In this document: positions 38,348-47,485 of the stretch, one piece after another
Layout: the number at the start of each line of letters is the position of its first letter
Numbering within the stretch: position 1 is the first letter of the stretch
NCBI GenBank assembly: GCA_016194745.1
Contig: JACQBA010000013.1
Location: 822 to 64,821 of the forward strand
From: Elusimicrobiota bacterium
GTDB lineage: Bacteria; Elusimicrobiota; Elusimicrobia; UBA1565; JACRDR01
Reading direction: 5' to 3'
Length of the DNA stretch: 64,000 bases
Notes under the pieces: model-generated
Told to the model about the DNA's origin: nothing
Databases searched by the model: none
The model's input: only the letters and a program-made list of their open reading frames with translations
Translations under genes and position numbers: made by a program

Positions 38348-38878
38348 TCAGGACGGCGGCGACGGAGGACCGTCGGTCGTCGGGTAGCCCTTCACGTCGC
38401 TTTTGATATCGATCGTGTAGCCCCAGTCCTTGTAGGGAGAGGAAGTCGTGCCCGGCTTGGCACCGTTCTTGCGCTTGGCGCACGCCGCGAACGTGCCGGT
38501 CTGGCCGAGGGAGCACTGGTCCGAAGTGCTGCTGGCCCCGTTGCAGGCGTAGAAATCGTAGCCCTTCGAATCGAAATTCCCGATGGCGAGGTACTTGCAT
38601 AGGATCAAGTTGCACGCGGTGTAGGACGTGCACGTCGTCCCGTCGCACGCGCACGACCCGGAGCAGGAACTCGTGAGCTGGCCCGTATTGTACTGCGGGT
38701 AATCCAAAGCGAACTGGCGGTTCGCCGCGCCGACCTGCTGCAGCGTCGAGATCGCGTCGTCGGCCTTGGATGTCTCCACGGATTTGGTGTACTGCGGGAT
38801 CGCCAGCGCGCCCAGGATCGCGATGATGAACACCACGACCATCAGCTCGATGAGCGTAAAGCCTTTATTTTTTCTCAT
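38348..38878 (-). CDS. Type IV pilin (prepilin with N-terminal cleavage/methylation motif), Cys-rich
   Basis: MRKNKGFTLIELMVVVFIIAILGALAIP class-III signal; 10 Cys in globular domain. Confidence 0.85.
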   Translation of the reverse strand: MRKNKGFTLIELMVVVFIIAILGALAIPQYTKSVETSKADDAISTLQQVGAANRQFALDYPQYNTGQLTSSCSGSCACDGTTCTSYTACNLILCKYLAIGNFDSKGYDFYACNGASSTSDQCSLGQTGTFAACAKRKNGAKPGTTSSPYKDWGYTIDIKSDVKGYPTTDGPPSPPS

Positions 38879-38935
38879 TTTTTTTCATGCTACCTTTCCA
38901 GTTTAACAGCCGTCTCCCACCCTGTCAATACTAGT
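38879..38935 (-). promoter_or_regulatory. Sigma70-like promoter for pilin gene: TTGACA-17-TAAACT, then GGAAAGG SD
   Basis: Minus-strand reading actagtaTTGACAgggtgggagacggctgtTAAACTggaaaggtagcatgaaaaaaaATG. Confidence 0.45.
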
Positions 38936-40144
38936 TTACTCGACGGATTCCGGGTCCCTGAATGGGTTGCGCTCCGGCGGAGAATCGTGCGGGATGGCGC
39001 CGATGAGACGCTTCACGGCGACATTGACCATGGGATTGGAATGTCTCGCCCAGACGCGCGTGGCGACGGGACGCGCCCCGAGCTTCGCCTTGGGCTCCAA
39101 GGCGGTTCGCCCGAGCGAGATGCGGCGGCAGCCGAGTTCCATGGCGTCCGCCACGACTCGCTGCAGCAGCGCGAAGTAGAGCGGCAACTCGTCGCGAAGC
39201 GCGCGGTCGAATCCGATGAGGTAGCCGATGGCCGTATTCGGATCGTCCCTCAGCGTCGTGACGAATCCTAGGATCCGGTCCCGGCGCCGGACGACGGAGC
39301 AGATGAAATCCTTGGCGGCGGCCTCCGCGACGGCGGCGAGATAGTCCTTGTGAATGGCGACCGGACGCACCGCCGCGGCGGCTTGCACCTGGAGGTACAG
39401 CTCGTGCAGTTCGCCGGAATTCGAGCGCACGTCGTCGAGGCGCTCGACGGAGCACCCCGCCCCCGAAAGGTCGCGTTCGATGCGCACGGCGCTCTTTCGG
39501 TACTTCGAGTGGAGCGCCGCAAGATAGTCCTGATAGCCGCGCCATTGGGGAGAGATCGCGAGGATCATGTTGGGCTCGGTCTCGAGAGGCTTGTAGCTGA
39601 ATCTCGCCAGAGACTCCACACCCTCCGCCTCGCCGTCGAAAAGGTCCTTGACGATGACGACATCCGTCTGTCCTTCGAGACGCTCCGCCCGCCGGAGACG
39701 GTACAAGGCCTCGGCTACCGCCGGCCAAGCCTTCGATGGATCGACGCCCCGCGCGAAGGCGACGCCGTGACGCCCCCAGGAGAGCACGTTCCCGCAGACG
39801 ACGGCGCGCACGCTCAGTCGAGACAGCGCCCCGGAAGCAACCGAACGCCTCGAGACGACGTTCTCCCCGGAGACACGGATCGACTGCAAGGCGATGGCGG
39901 CGATGGGAGCGCGGTTCTTGAAAACGAGACAGGAGCGGGATTTTAGATTGGCGGGACCGTAGCGCTCCAGGACCCTCAGGTACCGTCGCTGCAGGAAGAA
40001 GCTGCCGCGCTCGACGATGCCGTCCCACGCCGCTCCATCCAGATAGTCGACCGAGTCGGATAGCGCGAAATCGAATCCGGTCGGCCGGTGACGTTCCTCG
40101 TGCTCCGCCCAGGCGCGTTGAAGGTCTCGAAGCGGTTTGACCAC
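38936..40144 (-). CDS. GNAT-fold acyltransferase, FemAB-like/DUF482-type
   Basis: ~400-aa two-lobed architecture and C-terminal GNAT-like region; weak recognition only. Confidence 0.45.
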   Translation of the reverse strand: MVKPLRDLQRAWAEHEERHRPTGFDFALSDSVDYLDGAAWDGIVERGSFFLQRRYLRVLERYGPANLKSRSCLVFKNRAPIAAIALQSIRVSGENVVSRRSVASGALSRLSVRAVVCGNVLSWGRHGVAFARGVDPSKAWPAVAEALYRLRRAERLEGQTDVVIVKDLFDGEAEGVESLARFSYKPLETEPNMILAISPQWRGYQDYLAALHSKYRKSAVRIERDLSGAGCSVERLDDVRSNSGELHELYLQVQAAAAVRPVAIHKDYLAAVAEAAAKDFICSVVRRRDRILGFVTTLRDDPNTAIGYLIGFDRALRDELPLYFALLQRVVADAMELGCRRISLGRTALEPKAKLGARPVATRVWARHSNPMVNVAVKRLIGAIPHDSPPERNPFRDPESVE

Positions 40145-40183
40145 GGCCTTAGCGTATCCCGTCGCGGAGCCGCGCGCAAGAGG

Positions 40184-41089
40184 TCAGCGCCGAGCGGCGA
40201 GCAGTTTGCCGCCCTTGAGGCATACGGATCGCAGGGCGCATCGCTCGCATTTTGCCGGTTCCTTTCCGATCGGGCAGGCGCCGGAGATGCCCAAATGGCA
40301 GATGGGGAAGTCGAAGCGGAGCGGGTCCTTCGGGTCGATGCGCCGCAGCGCCGCGGTGATCTCGGCCGCCGTCGTCCAACCGGCGCTGCGGCGGCGGGTC
40401 AAGCCGAGGTAGCGGCTGATGCGCAGGACGTGAGTATCGAGCGGGATCACGAGCTTCGACGGAGGGATCGCCTTCCAGAGCCCGAAATCGAGCCCGTCGT
40501 CGGGCCTCACCATCCAGCGCAGGAACAAGTTCAGCCGCTTGCACGCGCTGCCCTTGCTCGGGCGCGACAGGAGCTGCGACAGGCCGCGCGGCGTCCCACG
40601 TCGTCCGTAGATCGGCGTCGCGTCGATGTCCAGCACGCCGGCGACGAAACGATCCAGGGCGGGGCCGACGTCCTCGTCTTCCTCCCGGTAGTGGGACGCG
40701 AACGCGGCGCCGACCGAGCCATGGCGCTCGATGACCCGCCCGATCAGGTAGATCAGGCACGCGATGTCCTCGCCCGTGTTCAAGCGGTAGTACAGCGGCC
40801 TGAGGGCGTCCAAGTCCCTCTCCGGTTTGAAGGCGCTCACGTAGGCGTGCGGCCGCCCGCCCATCGCGTCGAAGATCCTGTCCAGCGCGCGGCGAAAGAG
40901 CGGGACTCTGCCGTAGGCGAGAGCCGACGCGAGCCAAGCGGCGATCTCGATATCGAGCGGGTCCGTGAAGCGGCGAGGCACCGCGACCGGATCGTTCTCG
41001 ATGCGGCCGCGGAAGTCCGTCCGGAGGCAAAGGTCCTCGAGGCGGCCTCTCAGGCGCTCGAGGCGGTCGACGGAGGAAGCGCGGGCCAT
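40184..41089 (-). CDS. HhH-GPD/EndoIII-like protein with C-terminal Cys cluster (TIGR02757/DUF2400-like)
   Basis: C-terminal CHLGISGACPIGKEPAKCERCALRSVC resembling glycosylase [4Fe-4S] loop. Confidence 0.45.
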   Translation of the reverse strand: MARASSVDRLERLRGRLEDLCLRTDFRGRIENDPVAVPRRFTDPLDIEIAAWLASALAYGRVPLFRRALDRIFDAMGGRPHAYVSAFKPERDLDALRPLYYRLNTGEDIACLIYLIGRVIERHGSVGAAFASHYREEDEDVGPALDRFVAGVLDIDATPIYGRRGTPRGLSQLLSRPSKGSACKRLNLFLRWMVRPDDGLDFGLWKAIPPSKLVIPLDTHVLRISRYLGLTRRRSAGWTTAAEITAALRRIDPKDPLRFDFPICHLGISGACPIGKEPAKCERCALRSVCLKGGKLLAARR

Positions 41090-41113
41090 GTCAGGAACCG
41101 CCGGCCCGAGGCG

Positions 41114-42031
41114 TCAATATACCGCGGAGCTCATGCAGAAGACGGAGCCGCCGGACTTGATGAACTCCGAGGTGTCGACCTCGGCGACGTCGAGACCGAC
41201 GGCCTTCATGTGCCGGACGGAGACGCTCGAGCCCTTCTGCATGATCGCGAGCTTGGAGTCGACGACCGCGGCGTTGCAGGCGAGGCCGCGCACCGCCTCG
41301 CCTTCCTCGGCCGCCAGAACCACGGGGAACATCTTCAAGATCAGCTCCAAGCTCGACGCGTCGAACGCCGGAGGATAGATCAGCACGGCTTCCTGGTTCA
41401 GCGGGCAGAAGCACGTGTCCAAGTGATAGAACCGCTCATTGGCGAGCTTGAGGCGCAGGATCGGCGTCTCGAAGATCTCGGCGATCTCAGAGTATACCTC
41501 GGGATCCGTCCGAAAACCGTAGCCGCCCCATAGAAGCCGCTTGCCCGGATGCCAGCGGCAATCCCCGGCGCCCTCGAACGTCGCGGACGGATCGGACAGG
41601 CGGGCGACGCGGTAGCCCTCGCTCTCGAACCACTTCTCGTAGTAGGGCACCTCGCGCCGGCGGGAAGAGTGCCTCATGTGCGCGGGCACGCAGACCCGCT
41701 CCATGCGCGTGGTCAGACCGACCAAGGCCTGATTCGCGCAGAACACCATGTCCTCGAGGCCCTCGACCGGAGAGATCGTCTTCACCGACTTCCCCGCCGC
41801 GACGAAGGCGTCCTTGACGGAGTCCCATTGCCTGCGCGCGAGCGCCTTGTCGACGGTGCCCTGCTTGCCGACCATGAACGGATTCTTGACGTCGACGACG
41901 TCGAAGAAGTCGGGAGGGCACATCAACAGGTTGCCGGGAGCCGGCAGCGAAGGGCAGTTCTTTGCCGAGAAGCCCTTCAGATCGTTGACGTGCGTGTAAA
42001 CCTGCTTGTTCACAGCGCGGCCATGATACAA
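41114..42031 (-). CDS. Amidinotransferase-superfamily enzyme (DDAH / arginine deiminase-like)
   Basis: C-terminal catalytic …SGGSVFCMS; TTG start at 42031 (alternative ATG at 41923). Confidence 0.6.
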   Translation of the reverse strand: MYHGRAVNKQVYTHVNDLKGFSAKNCPSLPAPGNLLMCPPDFFDVVDVKNPFMVGKQGTVDKALARRQWDSVKDAFVAAGKSVKTISPVEGLEDMVFCANQALVGLTTRMERVCVPAHMRHSSRRREVPYYEKWFESEGYRVARLSDPSATFEGAGDCRWHPGKRLLWGGYGFRTDPEVYSEIAEIFETPILRLKLANERFYHLDTCFCPLNQEAVLIYPPAFDASSLELILKMFPVVLAAEEGEAVRGLACNAAVVDSKLAIMQKGSSVSVRHMKAVGLDVAEVDTSEFIKSGGSVFCMSSAVY

Positions 42032-42035
42032 TAAA

Positions 42036-43397
42036 TCACGGATAATGGACCGTGACGAAGCTCCGCGCGAATTCGTCGAGCGGGACGGATTTGGCGGGCT
42101 CCGACGGACCCGCTCCGCGGGTCGTCACCGTCCCCTTCCGGTAGTCCAAGAGCGCCGCGGGCGAGCCCCATTCCAGACGGACCGAGACCTTGCCGCCCTC
42201 GCCCTTGTCCATCCAATGGCGGAGCGGGACCAGCACGACCGGCCGGCCCCTCGAGACCACGCGCGAGGCGATGAAGCGGAAAAAGCGCTGCCGGTAAGGC
42301 GTCTCGCGGGCGAACTCCGTCTCGAGCCCGCGCAGGTCTTCTTGGAACGCGGGTTCGGGTATGCCGAGAGAGCGCGCGACCGCGCCGAGATCGTCCCGCA
42401 AGCGCCGGCTGACCCGTCCGCTGGATAGCTCCTCCAAGGCGGCGGGGTCCTCCTTCGGCCACTCGCCCACCATCCTCGCCGACAGCCACGCCTCGACGGA
42501 GCGCCACGCGCTGCGCAGGAACGGCTCGCGCGCCAGGCCGCTGCCGCGGAACGCCTCGAAATCCGGGTCTTCCTTCGCGAGCCTGCGGAGGAAATCCTTC
42601 GGCGCGACGCCCGCGCCGCGGCCCCGGCGCACCCGCGACAGGAACTCCCGGACGGTGTAGAGGACGCGCGCCGTGTTGGGAATCCCGCCGGCCAGCACGA
42701 TGCCCACTTCCCCGCCGCGCGCCAGGATGCTCGTGATGCGCCACGGGATGCGGGTCCACGAGGAGAAGCCGAGCAGGAGCCGGCTCGGACCGATGCGGCT
42801 GTGGGAGAGGCGGTCGAAGCCCAAGTGCGCCGTCGACATGAATCCCGCGTAGAGACCCTCGGACGAAAGAGGCAGCAGGTCGAGCGCGTAGGAGTCCACC
42901 GCGACGACGAACTTGCCGCGCGCGAAGCGGCCGCGGATCACGCTCACGGCCATGAGGATCTGCCGCGTCATTTCGACGTTCATGGTGAGCGTCTCGGGCG
43001 TGACGGGCGGATGGGACATCATGACGAGCAAGGCGGGGCGCTTGCCGGTCGAGCGTTCCACCTCCTCGCAGAGGCTCCGCGCCTGCACGAGCGCGGCGGC
43101 TCCGGATTCGAACGGGACCGTCTCGTTGTCCCCGGCGAGGCGGAAGCAGCGGTCCTGCACCTTTTCGAACGGGGCGCCCGGCAGGACGCTCGTCGTCGCG
43201 TGCACCACCATGCCGAGGAGATGGAAGACGGGCTGGAGCAGGCAGCGCGCGAGGGACGTCTTCTCCGGGATGACCGCGCCCGTGCGGAGATAGCGGCGCT
43301 CTTCCGCGCGCGCGAGGATCGAGAGGATGTCCTCGTAGGTGCCGCTGGGCGCGTAGCTGCCGTGGGGCGGTTGCGTCATGCGGTGGCATTCTACCAC
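42036..43397 (-). CDS. Hypothetical protein (possible lysophospholipid acyltransferase-like H(x)4D region)
   Basis: Non-Arg-rich frame of two overlapping track ORFs; …STAHLGFDRL… weakly LpxL-like; GTG start (ATG alternative at 43379). Confidence 0.35.
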   Translation of the reverse strand: MVECHRMTQPPHGSYAPSGTYEDILSILARAEERRYLRTGAVIPEKTSLARCLLQPVFHLLGMVVHATTSVLPGAPFEKVQDRCFRLAGDNETVPFESGAAALVQARSLCEEVERSTGKRPALLVMMSHPPVTPETLTMNVEMTRQILMAVSVIRGRFARGKFVVAVDSYALDLLPLSSEGLYAGFMSTAHLGFDRLSHSRIGPSRLLLGFSSWTRIPWRITSILARGGEVGIVLAGGIPNTARVLYTVREFLSRVRRGRGAGVAPKDFLRRLAKEDPDFEAFRGSGLAREPFLRSAWRSVEAWLSARMVGEWPKEDPAALEELSSGRVSRRLRDDLGAVARSLGIPEPAFQEDLRGLETEFARETPYRQRFFRFIASRVVSRGRPVVLVPLRHWMDKGEGGKVSVRLEWGSPAALLDYRKGTVTTRGAGPSEPAKSVPLDEFARSFVTVHYP

Positions 43398-43453
43398 ATA
43401 CGGCGACGAGACCCTCTCGGGGGACCGCCAAAAAATGATAAACTGCGTGAACT

Positions 43454-44815
43454 ATGCGCATGATCACCCTTCTGTCGACGCTCCTTGTCTCGGGACTCTT
43501 CAGTTTCGCGGCCGAACCGGCCGGCTACGTCGTAAAGGTCGATTCCGACATCATCTATTTGGATCATCTGGCCGAAGCCGCGGCAGGACGCGAGTTCGTC
43601 CTATACAAGGAAGGCGAGGAACTCAAGCACCCCGTGACCGGCGCCTCGCTGGGCCGCATCGAGAAGGAGATCGGGCGCGGGCACATCAAGGAAGTGCTCG
43701 CCCAGTACAATATCGGGCTTCTGGAGTCCTCTCCCGCCGACCGCTCCGCCGTCAAGCCGGGACTCCGCTACAAGCTGGGAGCCGGGGCACCCCAGAGCGC
43801 TCCGACTCCCCCGCAAGCGGCCGCGCCCGCGACCCCGCAATCCGCGGCCCAGCCCCACGCGCCGATCTGGCGCAGCCCCGCCGTATCGATGGAAGCCATC
43901 GACGTGGCGGCCGGCGACATCCTCGGCTCGGGAAAGCCCTCCATCATCCTCGCCGACGAGCGCAAGGTGCAGGCGTACCCCGGCGACGGCTCCGAGTGGA
44001 AGCCCGTGTGCTCCTACGAGGACAAGAACACCGCCGTGAAGATCCTCTCCATCGACGCCAAGGACCTGAACGGCGACGGGCGGGCCGAGGTGTTCGCGAC
44101 GCACTTTAATTCCTTTTTCAACCGCGTCGAGACGGTCGTGCTGGACTGCAAGAACGGCGCCTTCGAGAAGCTTGCGACGCTGCCTTGGGCGACGCGCGCC
44201 TTCCTCGACGAGACAGGGTCCTGGAAGCTCGCCGCCCAGCAGCTCATGGACGACCGGAACTTCCCGTACGCCAACATCTATCTGCTCGAGTTCAAGAACG
44301 GCAAGTACGCGCAGTCCGGCAAGTCCCTCAACCGGCGCCGGATGGAGTGGGCATACGGCTTCGCCGTCGCGCAGGACCCCACGCTCGGAGAACCCTTCGA
44401 GATTTTCTACACCGGCAACGACAGCATCCGGGTGCAGTACAAGAAAGGCACCTGGGTCTCACCGGAAGCGTTCGGGCAGACGGCGAACCGCATCCGCTGG
44501 CGCGAGAACCCGCTGATGTTCCGGCCGAGGCTCATCACGACCCAGGAGAAGGGCGGGCTCTCGGGCCTCTACACGATCAGCAACAACGCGGCGCTCGGCG
44601 GCTTGGCCAGCCCCTTCGGAATCTACAGCAGCGGCGAGCTGCACCGGCTCAAGTGGACCGGCATCGGCCTGGAAGCCGACTGGAAGACCGAGATCGCGGG
44701 CTACGCCGCGGGCGTGGCACCCATCGCCTCGGCGGCCCCGGGCCAGCCCGAGGACCTCGTGGTCGCGGTCGTCGGCAAGAACAGCCGGACGTCCGTCTGG
44801 AAGTTCGCGCCGTAG
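43454..44815 (+). CDS. Secreted FG-GAP/VCBS-like repeat protein
   Basis: Signal peptide MRMITLLSTLLVSGLFSFA; Ca-binding-like DLNGDGRAEVF. Confidence 0.5.
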   Translation: MRMITLLSTLLVSGLFSFAAEPAGYVVKVDSDIIYLDHLAEAAAGREFVLYKEGEELKHPVTGASLGRIEKEIGRGHIKEVLAQYNIGLLESSPADRSAVKPGLRYKLGAGAPQSAPTPPQAAAPATPQSAAQPHAPIWRSPAVSMEAIDVAAGDILGSGKPSIILADERKVQAYPGDGSEWKPVCSYEDKNTAVKILSIDAKDLNGDGRAEVFATHFNSFFNRVETVVLDCKNGAFEKLATLPWATRAFLDETGSWKLAAQQLMDDRNFPYANIYLLEFKNGKYAQSGKSLNRRRMEWAYGFAVAQDPTLGEPFEIFYTGNDSIRVQYKKGTWVSPEAFGQTANRIRWRENPLMFRPRLITTQEKGGLSGLYTISNNAALGGLASPFGIYSSGELHRLKWTGIGLEADWKTEIAGYAAGVAPIASAAPGQPEDLVVAVVGKNSRTSVWKFAP

Positions 44816-44822
44816 CGCCGCG

Positions 44823-46274
44823 TCAGACCGCCGCGAGGTATTCCAGGAACGTCCGCACCATGACGCCCGTGCCGCCTGCGGGACAATAGTCGGATTCCCC
44901 GCCGTGGAAGGCCGGGCCGGCGATGTCGAGGTGGACCCAAGGCTTGCCGTCGACGAACTCCTGCAGGAACAGCCCGCCGATGATGGTGCCGGCTTCGCCG
45001 CGCACCTTCGAAATGTTGCGCAGGTCCGAGATGTTCCCCTTGATGCCGTCCAGGTACTCCGGCACGAGCGGGAGCTCCCACAGGTCCTCGCCCGCTTTCT
45101 TGGAAGCGGCGACGACGCGGTTGAGCAGCGCGGGATTGTTCGTCATGGCCGCGGACACCTTCGAGCCGAGCGCGATGACGGCCGCGCCCGTCAACGTCGC
45201 CGCATCGATCATGGCGTCCAGTCCCTGCTTGGTGGCATACACGAGCGCGTCGGCCAGGACGAGCCGGCCTTCCGCGTCGGTGTTCAAGATCTCGATGGTC
45301 TTGCCGTTCATCGCGCGGACGACGTCGCCCGGCTTCGTCGCGTCGGGCCCGGGCATGTTGTACGTGAACGCGCAGAAGCCGTGCACCTCGACCTTCAGCT
45401 TGAGCGACGCCAAGGCCTTGAACGCGCCCAGCACGGCCGCCGCGCCCGCCATGTCGCACTTCATGTCCTCCATCGATTGAGGCGGCTTAAGCGACAACCC
45501 GCCCGAGTCGAAGGTGATGCCCTTTCCGACGAGGCCGATCTTCCGGCGCGCGCCCTTGGGCTTGTACGTCAGATGGACGAAGCACGGCGGCTGCGCGCTG
45601 CCGCGCGCGACGCTCAAGTAGGAGCCCATCCCCAGCTTCTTGGCCTCCTCCGGCGAGATGATGTCGACCGAGATGCCCGAGCCGGCGAGCCCCTGGGCGA
45701 CCTTGCCCATCTGCTCCGGCGTCTTGTCGCTCGGTCCGCGATTGACGAGGTCGCGGGCGAAGCAGACCGCGTCGGCGTAGACGCCCGCCTTTCGCGCGGC
45801 GCCCTCGAGGCGCGCCTTGTCCGAGCCCTGGGCCGCGACGATCACGGCTTCCGCCAGCACCGCGTCCTCCTCGGGCTTCAAGTACTCCGCGAAACGGTAT
45901 GAGGCGAGGAGCAGCCCTTCTCCGAGCGCCTGCGCGTCTCCGGCGGGCAGGACTCCGATCGACTTGAACCTCCGCTTCGCGTACCGCGAGAGCGCGCCGC
46001 CGGCTTTGCGAAGGCCTTCGGCCTTGAGCGATCTCCGTTTTCCGAGACCGACCAGGATGAACGAGCGCTCCCGGCCGCCGTCGGAAGCCTGGACGCGGGC
46101 GATCTCCCCGGCCTTGCCCTTGAAGGCGTCGATCTTCGCGCGTTCGACGAGCTGTTTGCGCAGCGCGGGGACGAGGCCCGGCGCCGAGACTCCGCCGTCT
46201 TCGAACGCGAACACGGCCAGGGGGTCCGAGGTCTCGCGAAAGGCGTTGAGGGTCGAAACTTTGAGCTGGATCAT
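44823..46274 (-). CDS. pepA: Leucyl aminopeptidase (M17)
   Basis: NTDAEGRLVLADAL signature; Zn ligands K…D…D…E. Confidence 0.85.
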   Translation of the reverse strand: MIQLKVSTLNAFRETSDPLAVFAFEDGGVSAPGLVPALRKQLVERAKIDAFKGKAGEIARVQASDGGRERSFILVGLGKRRSLKAEGLRKAGGALSRYAKRRFKSIGVLPAGDAQALGEGLLLASYRFAEYLKPEEDAVLAEAVIVAAQGSDKARLEGAARKAGVYADAVCFARDLVNRGPSDKTPEQMGKVAQGLAGSGISVDIISPEEAKKLGMGSYLSVARGSAQPPCFVHLTYKPKGARRKIGLVGKGITFDSGGLSLKPPQSMEDMKCDMAGAAAVLGAFKALASLKLKVEVHGFCAFTYNMPGPDATKPGDVVRAMNGKTIEILNTDAEGRLVLADALVYATKQGLDAMIDAATLTGAAVIALGSKVSAAMTNNPALLNRVVAASKKAGEDLWELPLVPEYLDGIKGNISDLRNISKVRGEAGTIIGGLFLQEFVDGKPWVHLDIAGPAFHGGESDYCPAGGTGVMVRTFLEYLAAV

Positions 46275-46361
46275 CGATGGTCTCCTTGTGCGGACGCTAT
46301 CCTAGCAAATGACCCTCCGCGCCTTCTAATCGGCTCCGCAATTCCGCAATACCAACGGCAT

Positions 46362-46389
46362 TTGCATACGCCTCCCCTTCGAGTATAAT
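46362..46389 (+). promoter_or_regulatory. Sigma70-like promoter TTGCAT-16-TATAAT ending ~6 nt before the GTG start at 46396 (possible leaderless transcript)
   Basis: …tTTGCATacgcctccccttcgagTATAATggcggcGTG…. Confidence 0.4.
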
Positions 46390-46395
46390 GGCGGC

Positions 46396-47199
46396 GTGAT
46401 CCTGGATGAAGGCGATCGCGTCCTCGCCGCCGTTCTCGTGGCGGGTCTCGCCCTGGGCGGCGCCTGGGTCTACCTCAAGTACGTCCGACCCGCGACCGTC
46501 GGAGCGGGCTCGAGCGCGCCCGCGGACGCATCGCCCGCCGCGCTGAACCTGACTCCCGCCAACGCGCCGGCCCCGTACCCCCTCGACCAGAGCGACGAGC
46601 CGCTGCGGGGAGAGGCGAAGCAATTGATGATCGGCCCCAAGGCGGAGGGCTGGCTCAAGGAGGCCAACATCGTCCGCCGCATCACCGCGGCGACGGCCAT
46701 CCTGGCGGAAGGCAACAGCCCGCGCGACAGCCTGGCGTTCCTAGCCCCCCAGAAGCCGTTTCAGACCTTCCGGAGGGACGGCAAGACGTACGTAGACCCC
46801 AAGAGTTACGCCCGCTACGACGGCGTCGCCGACTCGATCGCTTCGCTCAACGATCAGGAAGGCGTCAAGATGTTCCGCCGCCTCATGCCCCTGTTCCAAA
46901 CGGCGTATCGGGAGCTGGAGAACCCCAAGGCGGACTTCCAGACCGCGTTCCTCAACGCCACCAACCAATTGCTTCGCGTGCCAATAGTGGACGGCGACAT
47001 CGAAGTGCGCCGAAAAGTGACGACGTATGCGCTGGCCGACGAGCGCCTCGAGAAGCTTACTCCCGCTCAAAAGCACCTGCTGCGCATGGGCCCCAAGAAC
47101 GTCCAAAAGATCCAAGACAAGCTGCGGACGATCTCTCTGGGGCTCGGAGTCCCGCAAGACCGCCTCGCGGCGCCCATCGATCTCGCGCCTGCCCCATAG
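46396..47199 (+). CDS. Membrane-anchored hypothetical protein (DUF3014-like)
   Basis: N-terminal TM VLAAVLVAGLALGGAWVYL; GTG start. Confidence 0.4.
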   Translation: MILDEGDRVLAAVLVAGLALGGAWVYLKYVRPATVGAGSSAPADASPAALNLTPANAPAPYPLDQSDEPLRGEAKQLMIGPKAEGWLKEANIVRRITAATAILAEGNSPRDSLAFLAPQKPFQTFRRDGKTYVDPKSYARYDGVADSIASLNDQEGVKMFRRLMPLFQTAYRELENPKADFQTAFLNATNQLLRVPIVDGDIEVRRKVTTYALADERLEKLTPAQKHLLRMGPKNVQKIQDKLRTISLGLGVPQDRLAAPIDLAPAP

Positions 47200-47290
47200 G
47201 GCCCCTTTTGTTTTTTGCGGCGACTTTATTAATATCAGCCGTGCCGCCGAGGACTGCAAGCATCGGGCCCGACGCCCGAAGGAGTCTTCT

Positions 47291-47485
47291 ATGACGCACC
47301 ACGATCACGACGTGCCGTCCGTTTCCGATCATCCAGACGATTGCGGCTGCCTCGTCTGCCATTGCCTCGAGCTGGAGCGGAGCCGGAACTCAGAGGGCGC
47401 GTCGATGCAGCGTGACGCCGACGCGGCGCCCCGACGGATCGGCGCCCGCGCACATCAGCACGGGAAAGGGCGCCGCGTCGCTTAG
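47291..47485 (+). CDS. Possible small His/Cys-rich metal-binding protein (64 aa)
   Basis: GGAG SD 8 nt upstream; MTHHDHD…DHPDDCGCLVCHC; conflicts with convergent ORF 47390..47956. Confidence 0.25.
   Translation: MTHHDHDVPSVSDHPDDCGCLVCHCLELERSRNSEGASMQRDADAAPRRIGARAHQHGKGRRVA

Noticed and set aside
42010-43467. 485-aa alternative frame overlapping 42036..43397
   Set aside because: Arg/Pro-rich composition. The competing 453-aa frame has balanced composition.
47196-47226. Putative rho-independent terminator after the DUF3014-like gene (…gggcccc-ttttgttttttg)
   Set aside because: The stem is short and imperfect. Kept only as a weak possibility.
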